Positions 37,216 to 47,288 of a stretch of 64,000 nt of DNA are shown piece after piece (position 1 is the first letter of the stretch; each line of letters begins with the position of its first letter). The notes under the pieces were generated by a model. The model was not told the origin of the DNA. It did no database searches and saw nothing but the letters and a program-made list of their open reading frames with translations. Source of the DNA: an uncultured Acidimicrobiia bacterium (GTDB taxonomy: Bacteria > Actinomycetota > Acidimicrobiia > Acidimicrobiales > AC-14); contig CAWHIC010000003.1 in assembly GCA_963829165.1 (NCBI GenBank), forward strand, positions 22,186 through 86,185, in the 5' to 3' direction. Both the position numbers and the translations under genes were made by a program.

Positions 37216-38362
37216 GGTGAGCGCACCTCTCGTTCCGGATATCCGGCTGCCGCCCGACCTGCTCCCCTCCGACGGCCGTTTCGGCAGCGGCCCGTCCAAG
37301 GTCCGGCAGGCGGCCGTCGACGCCCTGGCCGCCGCCGCCCCCACCTACCTGGGCACCAGCCACCGGGCCGACACGGTGAAGTCGATGGTCGGCCGGCTGC
37401 GGGCCGGGCTGGCCGAGCTGTTCCAACTCCCCGACGGTTACGAGGTCGCCCTGGGCAACGGCGGGGCGGCCCTGTTCTGGGACATGGCCACCTTCGGCCT
37501 CATCGAGCGCCGGAGCCAGCACCTCGCCTTCGGCCAGTTCTCCGCCTCGTTCGCGGCCGCGGCCAAGGCCGCGCCCCACCTCGACGACCCCGAGGTGATC
37601 ACGTCCGAGGCCGGCACCCACCCCGCCCTCCGCCCCGACCCCGCCATCGACGCCTACGCCCTCACCCACAACGAGACGTCGACGGGCGTGGCCATGCCCG
37701 TCGCCCGCCCCGGTGGCGCCGACGGGGCGCTGGTACTGGTCGACGCCACGTCGGCCGCGGGCGGGATGCGGGTCGTCCCCGACCAGTTCGACGCCTACTA
37801 CTTCGCCCCCCAGAAGTGCTTCGCCGCCGACGGCGGGCTGTGGCTCGCCCTCCTGTCCCCCGCAGCGGTGGAACGGGTGGAGCGGATCAAGGCTTCCGGC
37901 CGGTGGACGCCCGCCCTCCTCGACCTCGGCCTGGCCCTGGAGAACTCCCGCCTCGACCAGACCTACAACACCCCCGGCCTGGCCACCGTCTTCCTCATGG
38001 TCGAGCAGGTCGAGTGGATGCTGGCCGGGGGCGGACTGGAGTGGGCGGCCGGCCGGTCGGAGGCGTCGGCCGCCCAGCTCTACCCGTGGGCGGAGAAGTC
38101 GGACTACGCCACCCCCTTCGTGGCCGACCCCGGCCAGCGCAGCCCGGTGGTGGGCACGATCGACCTCGACGCCACCGTCGACGCGGGAGTGGTGTCGAAG
38201 GTGCTGCGGGCCAACGGCATCGTCGACACCGAGTCCTACCGCCGCCTGGGCCGCAATCAGCTCCGCATCGCCATGTACCCGGCGGTGGAGGCGTCCGACG
38301 TGGCCATCCTCACCCGGGCCATCGACTACGTGGCCGGGGAGCTCCTCACACAACCCTCATAG
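37216..38362 (+). CDS. serC: Phosphoserine aminotransferase (actinobacterial type)
   Basis: [49 protein letters not shown]. The start is ambiguous (GTG 37216 or ATG 37196). Confidence 0.85.
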
Positions 38363-38404
38363 GACCGTGGTCGGGCGATCACCCCGCCGGCCGACAGTGG
38401 AGGC

Positions 38405-38890
38405 ATGCGAATGAGACGAATCCTGGGAGTGGCACTCGGAGCGACGGTGGTCGTGGTCGTCGGGGCGGGCGCGGTGGCGTGGGCCGGACCCGGCCGCGGT
38501 GAGAAGCGGGCCGCGGTCAAGCAGTGCCTGGCCGACGCCCGGGCGGCCAACCCCGACGCCGACCAGGCCGCCGTCCGGGCCGCGGCCCAACCGTGCCTCG
38601 ACGCGGCCGGCATCGCCCTGCCCGAGCTCACCGCCCAGCAGAAGGGCCGGCGGGACGCGGCCAAGGCGTGCCTGCACGCGGCCCGGGACGCCAACCCCGA
38701 CGCCGACAAGAAGACGGTGGCGGCCGCGGCCAAGCCCTGCCTGGAGCAGGCAGGCATCACCGCCCGGGCCGGCCTCGAACGCCTCCGGGACTGCGCCGAC
38801 CAGGTCCTGGCGGCCAACCCCGAGGGTTCCGGCGAGAGCGGCCGCAAGGCCCTCCGCACGGCCGTCCGGCAGTGCATGGCCACCTCGTAG
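38405..38890 (+). CDS. Small secreted protein with internal Cys-containing repeats
   Basis: Signal peptide MRMRRILGVALGATVVVVVGAGAVAWA. Three units of K.CL..AR.ANPDAD...V.AAA.PCL..AGI. Confidence 0.6.
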   Translation: MRMRRILGVALGATVVVVVGAGAVAWAGPGRGEKRAAVKQCLADARAANPDADQAAVRAAAQPCLDAAGIALPELTAQQKGRRDAAKACLHAARDANPDADKKTVAAAAKPCLEQAGITARAGLERLRDCADQVLAANPEGSGESGRKALRTAVRQCMATS

Positions 38891-38907
38891 GCAGCCGCCG
38901 GAGGCCG

Positions 38908-39105
38908 GAACCGTCCCCAGTTCGGAGCGTTGGGCCAACCGGTGACGGTTACAGCCCCCAGAGGGCGGTAAGCGTCCCCAGTTCGGAACGATCCGCCAAC
39001 CGGTGACGGTTACAGCCCCCAGAGGGCGGTAAGCGTCCCCAGTTCGGAACGATCGGGCCAACCGGTGACGGTTACAGCCCCCAGAGGGCGGTAAGCGTCC
39101 CCGGT
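38908..39105. repeat. Tandem array (about 3.3 copies, 61-62-bp period) of a hairpin-containing intergenic repeat
   Basis: GGTGACGGTTACAG starts at 38941, 39002 and 39064. The unit is GGTGACGGTTACAGCCCCCAGAGGGCGGTAAGCGTCCCC plus linker AGTTCGGAACGATCCGCCAACC. The internal stem is TTAC-A-GCCC / GGGC-G-GTAA. Confidence 0.9.
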
Positions 39106-39176
39106 TGGCGGGGACGAAGGGCGATCCGGGTCGGGCCGCCCTTCAGTTTCGGGTCCGTTCCGCCGATGACAGCTAG

Positions 39177-39695
39177 GTGGTCCTTCATCCCGCGACCGAC
39201 CTGGCCGCTCTCTATCGGGAGCTGCAGCCGGGACTGTTGCGGTACCTGCGGGCGGTGGCACCGGCATCGGCGGAGGACGTGGCCGCCGACGTGTGGGTGG
39301 AGGTGGCCGCATCCGCCCACCGCTTCCAGGGCGACGAGAGCGCCTTCCGGGGCTGGATCTACACCATCGCCCGGCGCCGGGTGATCGACGGCCACCGCCG
39401 GGCCGGGCGTCGCCGCACCGATCCCGTCACCGGCGATCGGATGGTCGACATCTCCGGCACCGACCAGCCCGAGCAGGTCGTCGTCGACCGGGCCAACACC
39501 GAAGCCGCCGTCGCCCACGTGGTGGCCCTCCTCTCGCCCGACCAGGCCGAGGTGGTGTTGCTCCGGGTCATCGGCGGCATGCGGGTGAACCAGGTGGCCG
39601 AGCTGCTGGGCAAGCGCCCGGGCACGGTCCGCGTCCTCCAGCACCGGGGCCTGCGCCGGCTGGCCGACCACAGCCAGGGACTGCTGTCGGCCTGA
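39177..39695 (+). CDS. ECF-type RNA polymerase sigma-70 family factor
   Basis: Region 2: AEDVAADVWVEV..FRGWIYTIARRRVIDGHRR. Region 4: LSPDQAEVVLLRVIGGMRVNQVAELLGKRPGTVRVLQHRGLRRL. Confidence 0.9.
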   Translation: MVLHPATDLAALYRELQPGLLRYLRAVAPASAEDVAADVWVEVAASAHRFQGDESAFRGWIYTIARRRVIDGHRRAGRRRTDPVTGDRMVDISGTDQPEQVVVDRANTEAAVAHVVALLSPDQAEVVLLRVIGGMRVNQVAELLGKRPGTVRVLQHRGLRRLADHSQGLLSA

Positions 39696-39806
39696 AAGCA
39701 GTAGGTCATTCGGCCTATTCGACGTAACGCACGCCCGCCTCCGGACGATTGAACCCGCACACCCAGGCTCCTTGCGGGTCTCGCTACGCGGAGGTTCTCC
39801 CCACTC

Positions 39807-40259
39807 TTGTCACGACTCGGTCGGATCACGGCGGCGACCATCGCCGGCTGCACCCTTCTCCTCACCACGGCCGGCTCGTCCCTGGCCGCCGACACCACCG
39901 CGGTGGGTGTCGGCGCCGCCGCCTACGTCGACGACTACGAGGTCGACGTGTTCGTCGAGCAGGCGATCGAGAGCGCCCTCCTCGGCGGCGGCTTCCAGGA
40001 AGTGGGCGTCTTCGTCAACGTCAGCCACGGCAACGTCATCCTGTCCGGCTTCATGTCGCCCCAGCTGCACTTCGCGGTGCAGGAGCTGGTGGCCAACACC
40101 CTGGGCGGGCTCCCGCTCCCGCTGCCCTTCGCGGTGGCGGTGCTGATCCCCACCGGGCTGGCCCTGCCCGACCTGGGCCTGGCCCTCGACGTGATCCTTC
40201 CCGACCTCACCGCCCCCCTCACCACGCTCGGAGTCACCGACCGGATCGTCAGCTACTAA
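39807..40259 (+). CDS. Secreted hypothetical protein (weak BON-like segment)
   Basis: TTG 39807 with GGAGG 12 nt upstream. Signal peptide ..AGCTLLLTTAGSSLAAD. VNVSHGNVILSGFMSPQLHFAVQELV is BON-like; the tail is Leu/Pro-rich. Confidence 0.5.
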   Translation: MSRLGRITAATIAGCTLLLTTAGSSLAADTTAVGVGAAAYVDDYEVDVFVEQAIESALLGGGFQEVGVFVNVSHGNVILSGFMSPQLHFAVQELVANTLGGLPLPLPFAVAVLIPTGLALPDLGLALDVILPDLTAPLTTLGVTDRIVSY

Positions 40260-40343
40260 CGCAGCCGACGGACCGGTCCACCGGCCGGGGGGGCCGCAGG
40301 CCCGTCCCCCGGGACCCTGCCCGAGGGTTGATCGCTCCCACGA

Positions 40344-41369
40344 TCAGCCTCCGGACACGTCCTGGGGACGGGCCTTGCCGGCGGAGATCCACGGCATCAT
40401 GCTGCGCAGCTCGGCCCCGACCTTCTCGATGGGGTGCTCGGCGCCCTTGGCCCGCAGCTCGTTGAACTTGGGCCGGCCGGCCTTGTTCTCCGCGATCCAC
40501 TCGGCTGCGAACCGTCCGTCCTGGATCTCGTCCAGGATGCGGCGCATCTCGGCCCGGGTCTCCTGGTTGATGATCCGGGGGCCCCGGGTGAGGTCGCCGT
40601 ACTCGGCGGTGTCGGAGATGGAGAAGCGCATGCCGGCGATGCCCTGCTCGTACATGAGGTCGACGATGAGCTTGACCTCGTGCAGGCACTCGAAATAGGC
40701 CGACTCGGGCTGGTAGCCGGCGTCGACCAGGGTCTCGAAGCCGGCCATGACCAGCTCGGTGAGCCCGCCGCAGAGCACGACCTGCTCGCCGAAGAGGTCG
40801 GTCTCCGTCTCCTCCTCGAAGGTGGTCTCGAGCACGCCCGCCCGGGTCGCGCCCAGGGCGTGGGCGTAGGAGAGGGCGAGGGCCTTGGCCTTGCCCGAGG
40901 CGTCCTGGGACACGGCGATGAGCGAGGGCGTGCCGCCGCCCGACTCGAACGTGCGTCGCACCAGGTGGCCGGGGCCCTTGGGCGCCACCATGGCCACGTC
41001 GATGCCCGGGCCGGGGTTGATCAGGCCGAAGCGGATGTTGAGGCCGTGGGCGAAGAAGAGGGCGTCGCCATCGGTGAGGTTGGGCTCGATCTCGGCCTCG
41101 TAGACGGCCCCCTGCTCGGTGTCGGGGAGCAGGATCATCACCAGGTCGGCCTCGGATGTCGCCTGGGCGATGGTGGTGACCTTGAGCCCGGCCGCCTCCG
41201 CCTTGGCCCACGAGCCCGACCCCTCCCGCAGGCCGACGCGCACGTCGACCCCGGAGTCCATGAGGTTGAGGGCGTGGGCGTGGCCCTGGGACCCGTAGCC
41301 GATCACGGCCACCTTGCGACTGCCGATGAGGCCGGCGTCGGCATCCTTCTCGTAATAGACGTTGGCCAT
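40344..41369 (-). CDS. ilvC: Ketol-acid reductoisomerase
   Basis: 341 aa. [36 protein letters not shown]. Confidence 0.95.
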   Translation of the reverse strand: MANVYYEKDADAGLIGSRKVAVIGYGSQGHAHALNLMDSGVDVRVGLREGSGSWAKAEAAGLKVTTIAQATSEADLVMILLPDTEQGAVYEAEIEPNLTDGDALFFAHGLNIRFGLINPGPGIDVAMVAPKGPGHLVRRTFESGGGTPSLIAVSQDASGKAKALALSYAHALGATRAGVLETTFEEETETDLFGEQVVLCGGLTELVMAGFETLVDAGYQPESAYFECLHEVKLIVDLMYEQGIAGMRFSISDTAEYGDLTRGPRIINQETRAEMRRILDEIQDGRFAAEWIAENKAGRPKFNELRAKGAEHPIEKVGAELRSMMPWISAGKARPQDVSGG

Positions 41370-41424
41370 CGGAAGTCCTCCAAATGGTGTGGCTAGTGTA
41401 GAAAAACGGTACCCGCAGCCCGGC

Positions 41425-41949
41425 TCAGCCGGCGCGGCGGAGGCGGGTGGGGTGGGGCTGGCGCTCGAGCCGGGGCAGCGCCACCCGCCCCGTGCGCTGG
41501 AGCTGGGTGATGCCGAAGCCCCGCATGAGGTCCTCGAAGTCGTCGAGCTTCGCCGGCGGGCCGGCGAGCACGACGGTGATGGCCTCCAGCCCGACGTCGA
41601 TGATGCGGCCCTCGAACACCTGCACCAGCTCGATGACCTGGCCCCGCCCGGACCCCTCGGCCTTGACCGTCACCATCATCAGCTCCCGCTCGACGGCGTC
41701 GGCCGGGTCGAGCTCGCTGATCTTGACCACGTTGATGAGCTTGAACAGCTGCTTGGTGATCTGCTCGAGGGGGGTGGACGCCACGTCGACCACGATGGTG
41801 ATGCGACTGAAGCGCTCGTCGTCGGTGGGGGCGACGGCCAGGGAGTAGATGTTGAACCCCCGCCTGGCGAACAAGCCGGCCACCCGGGCCAAAACGCCCG
41901 CCTTGTTCTCCACCAAGACGGTGAGGATGTGGTGCTTGGATGCGCTCAC
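41425..41949 (-). CDS. ilvN: Acetolactate synthase small (regulatory) subunit
   Basis: 174 aa. ACT domain [28 protein letters not shown], located between ilvB and ilvC. Confidence 0.9.
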   Translation of the reverse strand: MSASKHHILTVLVENKAGVLARVAGLFARRGFNIYSLAVAPTDDERFSRITIVVDVASTPLEQITKQLFKLINVVKISELDPADAVERELMMVTVKAEGSGRGQVIELVQVFEGRIIDVGLEAITVVLAGPPAKLDDFEDLMRGFGITQLQRTGRVALPRLERQPHPTRLRRAG

Positions 41950-42049
41950 GTTCGGGATCCCTTCGTTCCATGCATCCGTAGCGTGGTGAAATCGGCCGAA
42001 ACGAGCGAGATCACCACGCTACGAGTGCGGCAAACCGTCGTCGTCTCCA

Positions 42050-43792
42050 TCAGTGACCTCCGGGTCCGAATTCCGGGCCCAGGATGATGTCGTCGTTCGA
42101 CGTGCCCGCGGCGACCATCGGGTAGACCTTTTCGTCGGAGTCGCACCGGAAGTCGATCACCACCGGCCGGTCGTCGATGGAGTTGGCCTTCTCGATGGTG
42201 GGCACGACGTCGTCGGGATGCTCCACCCGGAAGGCGATGCAGCCCATGGCCTCGGCCCACATCTTGTAGTCGGGCAGGTCGGGCGACAGGTAGACCTCGC
42301 TGTAGCGCTCCTCGTAGAACAGCTCCTGCCACTGGCGGACCATGCCCAGGTAGGCGTTGTTGAGGATGGCCACCTTCACCGGGATGCGCTCGGCCGACGC
42401 CGTGACCAGCTCCTGGGCCGTCATCTGGAAGCAGCCGTCGCCGTCGATGGCCCACACCGTCTTGCCCGGCATGCCCACCTTGGCCCCCACCGCGGCGGGG
42501 ACGGCGAAGCCCATGGTGCCGAGCCCGCCCGAGTTGACCCACGTGTAGGGGTGGTCGAACTTCCACAGCTGGCTCGACCACATCTGGTGCTGGCCCACGC
42601 CGGAAACCACGATGGTGTCGTCGGGGGAGTTGGCGCACAGCTGCTCGATGCAGAACTGGGGCTTGAGCTTGTCGCCCTCCTCCCAGCCCTGCTCGTAGCG
42701 CAGGGGGTACGTCTCCCGCCAGGAGCGGAGGGTGTTGTTCCACTCGGTGCGGTCGGGCTGGGCCTCGGCCCCGCCCAGGTCGCGCACGGCCCGGATCAGC
42801 TCCTCGATCACCAGCCGGCAGTCGCCCACGATGGGGACGTCGGGCCGGCGGACCTTGCCCAGCTCGGCGGGGTCGATGTCGACGTGGATGATCTTGGCGT
42901 CGGGGGCGAAGGCGGACACCTTGCCCGTGACCCGGTCGTCGAACCTCGAACCGAGGGCGATGAGCAGGTCGGCCTTCTGCATCGACGTGACGGCGGTGTA
43001 GTTGCCGTGCATGCCGGGCATGCCCAGGCACAGGGGGTGGGAGTCGGGGAAGGCGCCCCGGGCCATGAGCGTGGTGACCACGTGGATCCCGGTGAGCTCG
43101 GCCAGCTCCCGCAGGGCCTCGGCCGCCCGGGCCTTGAGGATGCCGCCGCCGGCGTAGATGACGGGCCGGCGGGACTCGCCGATGAGGCGGGCCGCCTCCC
43201 GGATCATCTTGGGGTGGCCCTTGGTGGTGGGCTTGTAGCCGGGGAGGTCGATCGAGTCGGGCCAATACCACTCCATGGCCGAGTTGGGGTGCCGGGGATC
43301 GACGATGTCCTTGGGGATGTCGACGAGGACGGGGCCGGGGCGGCCGGTGGTGGCGATGTGGAAGGCCTCGTGGATCACCCGGGGGATGTCCTGGGCCGAC
43401 GTGATGAGCTCGTTGTGCTTGGTGACCGACCGGGTGATCCCGATGGTGTCGCACTCCTGGAAGGCGTCGGTGCCGATTGCCATCGAGGGCACCTGGCCGG
43501 TGATGACGACGATCGGGATCGAGTCCATCAGGGCGTCGGCCAGGGGGGTGACGATGTTGGTGGCCCCCGGCCCGCTGGTGACCATGGCCACACCCGGGCG
43601 CCCGGTGGCGTGGGCGTAGCCCTCGGCCATGTGCCCCGCGCCCTGCTCGTGGCGGACGAGGATGTGACGGATGGGCGAGTCGATGATGGGGTCGTAGACG
43701 GGCAGGATGGCGCCGCCGGGGAGGCCGAACATGACCTCCACCCCTTCCATCTCCAGGCTCTTGATGAGGGCTTGCCCCCCGTTCAGCTTCAT
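42050..43792 (-). CDS. ilvB: Acetolactate synthase large subunit
   Basis: ATG 43792 ([20 protein letters not shown]) with a GGAG SD. ThDP motif [25 protein letters not shown]. Confidence 0.95.
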   Translation of the reverse strand: MKLNGGQALIKSLEMEGVEVMFGLPGGAILPVYDPIIDSPIRHILVRHEQGAGHMAEGYAHATGRPGVAMVTSGPGATNIVTPLADALMDSIPIVVITGQVPSMAIGTDAFQECDTIGITRSVTKHNELITSAQDIPRVIHEAFHIATTGRPGPVLVDIPKDIVDPRHPNSAMEWYWPDSIDLPGYKPTTKGHPKMIREAARLIGESRRPVIYAGGGILKARAAEALRELAELTGIHVVTTLMARGAFPDSHPLCLGMPGMHGNYTAVTSMQKADLLIALGSRFDDRVTGKVSAFAPDAKIIHVDIDPAELGKVRRPDVPIVGDCRLVIEELIRAVRDLGGAEAQPDRTEWNNTLRSWRETYPLRYEQGWEEGDKLKPQFCIEQLCANSPDDTIVVSGVGQHQMWSSQLWKFDHPYTWVNSGGLGTMGFAVPAAVGAKVGMPGKTVWAIDGDGCFQMTAQELVTASAERIPVKVAILNNAYLGMVRQWQELFYEERYSEVYLSPDLPDYKMWAEAMGCIAFRVEHPDDVVPTIEKANSIDDRPVVIDFRCDSDEKVYPMVAAGTSNDDIILGPEFGPGGH

Positions 43793-43830
43793 GCTCGCTC
43801 CAGATTCGGGATCAATTGAGTTGGGTCTGA

Positions 43831-43927
43831 CAAAGAAAACGACCCCCCGGCTGGGAGGTCGTAGGCGCACGCGCGAGGTGACGGCGTGCGCTCAGGTGAT
43901 AAGTACGAGTCCGTCGTAGAGGTTCAT
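43831..43927 (-). promoter_or_regulatory. ilvBNC leader: 11-codon peptide ORF plus hairpin plus intrinsic terminator (attenuator candidate)
   Basis: The minus strand reads ATG AAC CTC TAC GAC GGA CTC GTA CTT ATC ACC TGA (43927-43892, MNLYDGLVLIT). Next is the GCGCACGC/GCGTGCGC hairpin (43891-43865). Then GACCTCCC-AGCC-GGGGGGTC followed by GTTTTCTTTG (43860-43831), 40 nt before the ilvB ATG. Confidence 0.55.
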
Positions 43928-43974
43928 CCGGCCTGGAGTGTAGGCGGGAAGCGATCGCGCCCGCAAGCACGAAA

Positions 43975-44003
43975 GAAGCCGACCGGGCGAGCCGGTCGGC
44001 TTC
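43975..44003 (-). terminator. Intrinsic terminator after the Gly/Asn-rich surface protein gene
   Basis: GAAGCCGACCGG-gcgag-CCGGTCGGCTTC, a perfect 12-bp stem. TTTCGTGCTT follows on the minus strand. Confidence 0.7.
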
Positions 44004-44028
44004 TGTCAGAACGGTAAGGGCGGGACTG

Positions 44029-45438
44029 CTACCAGCGGACGACGGTGTCCCACTCGGTGGAGGAGACGCCGCCCACGATGCGCAGCGGCGACAGGCGCCG
44101 GCGAGCGGTGATCAGCAGGGCCATGCCGGCCAGGACCAGGGCGGTGGCGATCAGGGCCAGGCCCGACTCGAAGCCGGTGCGGGCCAGGGTGCCGGTCTGC
44201 ACCGCGGGGGTGACCACGACCGGGGTGGGGATGGCCGAGACGACGATCGGGTTGCCGGTGATCGGGTTGCGGATCATGGGCTGGACGCCGCTGCCGCCGC
44301 CGCCACCGGTGCCGCCGGCCGGAACCTGGCCGCAGAACTGGTTGACCGTGGTGGTCGACTCGTTGCCCGAGGCGTTGGCCGCACCGGTGTTGATGGTGGC
44401 GGTGCCGGTGGAGTTGTTGGTGGGGCTGCCCAGGTTGACGTTGAGCCCGATGAGGCCGCCGGAGGCCGTCTGGTTGATCGTCTGGGTGTTGGTGGAGTTG
44501 TTGCCGATGGCGGTGTTGTTGCCGGTGGAGGCCACCGCGTTGCCGTCGTTGTTCACCGTGGCCGACTGGCCGCTGGGGCTGTTGAAGAACGGGTTGAAGG
44601 GGAAGAACCGGCCGCTGCAGGGGTCGAACGAGCTGCCGAAGTTGTTCACCGTGCCCGGGAAGGTGCCGGGGAAGAACGGGGTGGCGCTGAAGAAGCCGGC
44701 CGGAGCGCCGCCCGCCCCCAAGCCGCCGCCGCCGCCGGCCCCACTGCCCAATCCGCCGGCCGTGCCCACATTGGCGACCTTGGCCTGGTTGACGCTGTTG
44801 CTGGCGATGTTGCCGGCGGCGTTGGCCGGACCGGTGGTGATGGCGGCCGTGCCGGTGGAGTTGTTGACCGGGGCGCCCAGGCCGACCACCGCGTCGACCG
44901 CTCCGTCGCCCTCGGGACCGCCGATGGTGTTCACCGAGTTGTTGCCGGTGGCGGTGTTGCCGCCGCTGGTGGCGGCGGCGATGCCGTCGTTGGAGACGTT
45001 GACCGTCTGGTTGCTGCTCGTGCCGCCGCCGCCGAAGGGGCTGAACGGCGTGAAGGTGGGCGTGCCCGTGCCCGTGGACGTGGTCTGGTTGACGCCCGTC
45101 TGGGACTGGTTGCCGGCCGCGTTGGCCTCGCCCGTGTTGATGGTGGCGGTGCCGGTGGACGTGTTGGTGGGCGAGCCGAGGCCGACGTCGGCGTCGACCA
45201 GGCCGCCGGTGGTGGCGTTGGGGCTCCCGATGGCGTTGGTGGAGTTGTTGCCGGTGGCCGTGTTGCCCCCCGTGCTCGCCACCCCCGCCCCGCTGTTGCC
45301 CACGGTGACGCTGGCCAGCTGGCCGATGGCCAACGGCGCCCGCGCCACGCTGAAAAGGGCCAAACCCGAGACGAGTGCGAGCGAGCCCGCGACCGTGCGC
45401 CTACGCCCCTGGCTCCCCAACCGCTGGACGTGCCTCAT
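44029..45438 (-). CDS. Secreted Gly/Asn/Thr-rich repeat protein with an LAxTG-type cell-wall sorting signal
   Basis: Signal peptide. At least 3 long repeats (GGNTATGNNS.N.IG..VGLG.P.N.STGTA.I.TG.ANAAGN). C-terminus LARTG plus hydrophobic LALIATALVLAGMALLI plus ARRR. Confidence 0.7.
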   Translation of the reverse strand: MRHVQRLGSQGRRRTVAGSLALVSGLALFSVARAPLAIGQLASVTVGNSGAGVASTGGNTATGNNSTNAIGSPNATTGGLVDADVGLGSPTNTSTGTATINTGEANAAGNQSQTGVNQTTSTGTGTPTFTPFSPFGGGGTSSNQTVNVSNDGIAAATSGGNTATGNNSVNTIGGPEGDGAVDAVVGLGAPVNNSTGTAAITTGPANAAGNIASNSVNQAKVANVGTAGGLGSGAGGGGGLGAGGAPAGFFSATPFFPGTFPGTVNNFGSSFDPCSGRFFPFNPFFNSPSGQSATVNNDGNAVASTGNNTAIGNNSTNTQTINQTASGGLIGLNVNLGSPTNNSTGTATINTGAANASGNESTTTVNQFCGQVPAGGTGGGGGSGVQPMIRNPITGNPIVVSAIPTPVVVTPAVQTGTLARTGFESGLALIATALVLAGMALLITARRRLSPLRIVGGVSSTEWDTVVRW

Positions 45439-45572
45439 AACGCAATCTCCCCGCTCTACCGGTGGTCGCAGTCTGTCCTACGGGAGTCTACAGAGCAAGC
45501 CTCTCCCCCAGCGGACAATGGTAACCCGAGTCCCCTCCCGGCCCCCGGTCCATGCCTGGGGGACCGCCGGAA

Positions 45573-47243
45573 TCACGGTTCGGTGATGGCGCCCCGCTCG
45601 GCGCCGGTGACCAGGCGGGCGTATTTGGCCAGCACTCCCGTGGTGTAGCGGGGCGGGGGCAGCTTCCAGTCCGCCTTGCGGGCGGCCAGGGTGGCATCGT
45701 CGACCAGCAGGTCGATGGTGCGGGCGTCGGCGTCGATGACGATCCGGTCGCCGTCGGCCACCACGCAGATGGGCCCCCCGTCGACCGCCTCGGGGGCGAC
45801 GTGGCCCACGCAGAACCCCCGGGTGCCGCCCGAGAACCTTCCGTCGGTGACCAGGGCCGTGTCGGCGCCCCGGCCCGCCCCCTTGAGGGCGCCGGTGACC
45901 GCCAGCATCTCCCGCATCCCCGGTCCTCCCTTGGGCCCCTCGTAGCGGATGACGAGCACGTCGCCGGGACGGATGCGTCCGGCCAGGATCTCCTCCATGG
46001 CGGCCGTCTCGCCGTCGAAGACGCGGGCGGTGCCGTCGAAGCGCATGGTGTCGATGCCGGCCACCTTGACCACCGCCCCGTTGGGCGCCAGGGAGCCCCG
46101 CAGCACGGCGATGCCGCCCTCGGCGTGGATGGGATCGTCGAGGCGGTGGATGACCCGGCCGTCGGGGGCGGGGGGGTCGAGGGCGGTCAGGTTCTCGGCC
46201 ATGGTGCGGCCGGTGACGGTGAGGCAGTCGCCGTCGAGCACGCCCGCCTCCAGCAGGTGGCGCAGCACCATGGGGACGCCGCCGACCGCGTCGAGGTCGG
46301 CCATGTGGAACTTGCCCCCCGGCCGCATGTCGGCGATGTGGGCCACCCGCCGTCCGATGCGGTTGAAGTCGTCGAGCTCGAGCTCGACCCGGGCCTCGTT
46401 GGCGATGGCGAGCAGGTGGAGGACGGCGTTGGTCGACCCGCCCAGGGCGTTCACCACCGCGATGGCGTTCTCGAAGGCGGCCTTGGTGAGGATCTGGCGG
46501 GGACGGATACCGGCCTCGACCAGGGCCATCACCGCCTCGCCGCTGGCGTAGGCGTTGTCGTCGCGGCGGCGGTCGACGGCCGGGGCCGACGCCGACCCGG
46601 GCAGGCACATGCCCAGCCCCTCGGCCGCGGCGGCCATGGTGTTGGCGGTGAACATGCCCGCGCACGAGCCGATGGTGGGGCAGGCGTTGCGCTCGATGAG
46701 GGCCAGCTCGTCGGCGGTGAGGCCTCCGGCGGAGTAGGCCCCGACCGCTTCGAACACGCTCACGATGTCGAGGGCTTCACCCTTGGCACCCCGTCCGGGA
46801 AGGATCGTGCCTCCGTAGACGAAGACGGACGGGACGTTCAGCCGGGCGGCCGCCATGAGCATGCCGGGGAGAGACTTGTCGCAGCCGGCGAAGGTGACCA
46901 GGGCGTCGAAGCGCTCGGCGTGGACCATGACCTCGACCGAGTCGGCGATCACCTCCCGGCTGACGAGGGAGGCGTGCATGCCCTCGTGGCCCATGGAGAT
47001 GCCGTCGGACACGGCGATGGTGACGAACTCGATCGGGAAGCCCCCCGCCGCCCGCACCCCGGCCTTGGCCCGCTGGGCCAGCCGGGAGAGCGACATGTTG
47101 CAGGGGGTGACCTCGTTCCAGCTGGTGGCCACGCCCACCTGGGGCTTGTCCCAGTCGCCGTCGGTCATCCCGATCGCTCGCAGCATGGCCCGGGCGGGCG
47201 CCCGCTCGTACCCGGCGGTGACCTCGTGGCTTCGCAGATCCAT
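45573..47243 (-). CDS. ilvD: Dihydroxy-acid dehydratase
   Basis: ATG 47243 ([23 protein letters not shown]..). Also CDKSLPGM and TDGRFSGGT. The upstream part of the 1019-aa track ORF is a shadow of egtB. Confidence 0.95.
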   Translation of the reverse strand: MDLRSHEVTAGYERAPARAMLRAIGMTDGDWDKPQVGVATSWNEVTPCNMSLSRLAQRAKAGVRAAGGFPIEFVTIAVSDGISMGHEGMHASLVSREVIADSVEVMVHAERFDALVTFAGCDKSLPGMLMAAARLNVPSVFVYGGTILPGRGAKGEALDIVSVFEAVGAYSAGGLTADELALIERNACPTIGSCAGMFTANTMAAAAEGLGMCLPGSASAPAVDRRRDDNAYASGEAVMALVEAGIRPRQILTKAAFENAIAVVNALGGSTNAVLHLLAIANEARVELELDDFNRIGRRVAHIADMRPGGKFHMADLDAVGGVPMVLRHLLEAGVLDGDCLTVTGRTMAENLTALDPPAPDGRVIHRLDDPIHAEGGIAVLRGSLAPNGAVVKVAGIDTMRFDGTARVFDGETAAMEEILAGRIRPGDVLVIRYEGPKGGPGMREMLAVTGALKGAGRGADTALVTDGRFSGGTRGFCVGHVAPEAVDGGPICVVADGDRIVIDADARTIDLLVDDATLAARKADWKLPPPRYTTGVLAKYARLVTGAERGAITEP

Positions 47244-47288
47244 GCCGATGATCGTGGCACAGGTAGCCGGGCCCGGCCCCGTAGAATC

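Noticed and set aside
38908-39105. Possible CRISPR array, given regularly spaced ~39-nt palindromic repeats
   Set aside because: The entire 61-62-bp unit repeats, including the spacer part, which differs by only a few bases between copies. There are no unique spacers and no cas genes in the window. It is a tandem (MIRU-like) repeat.
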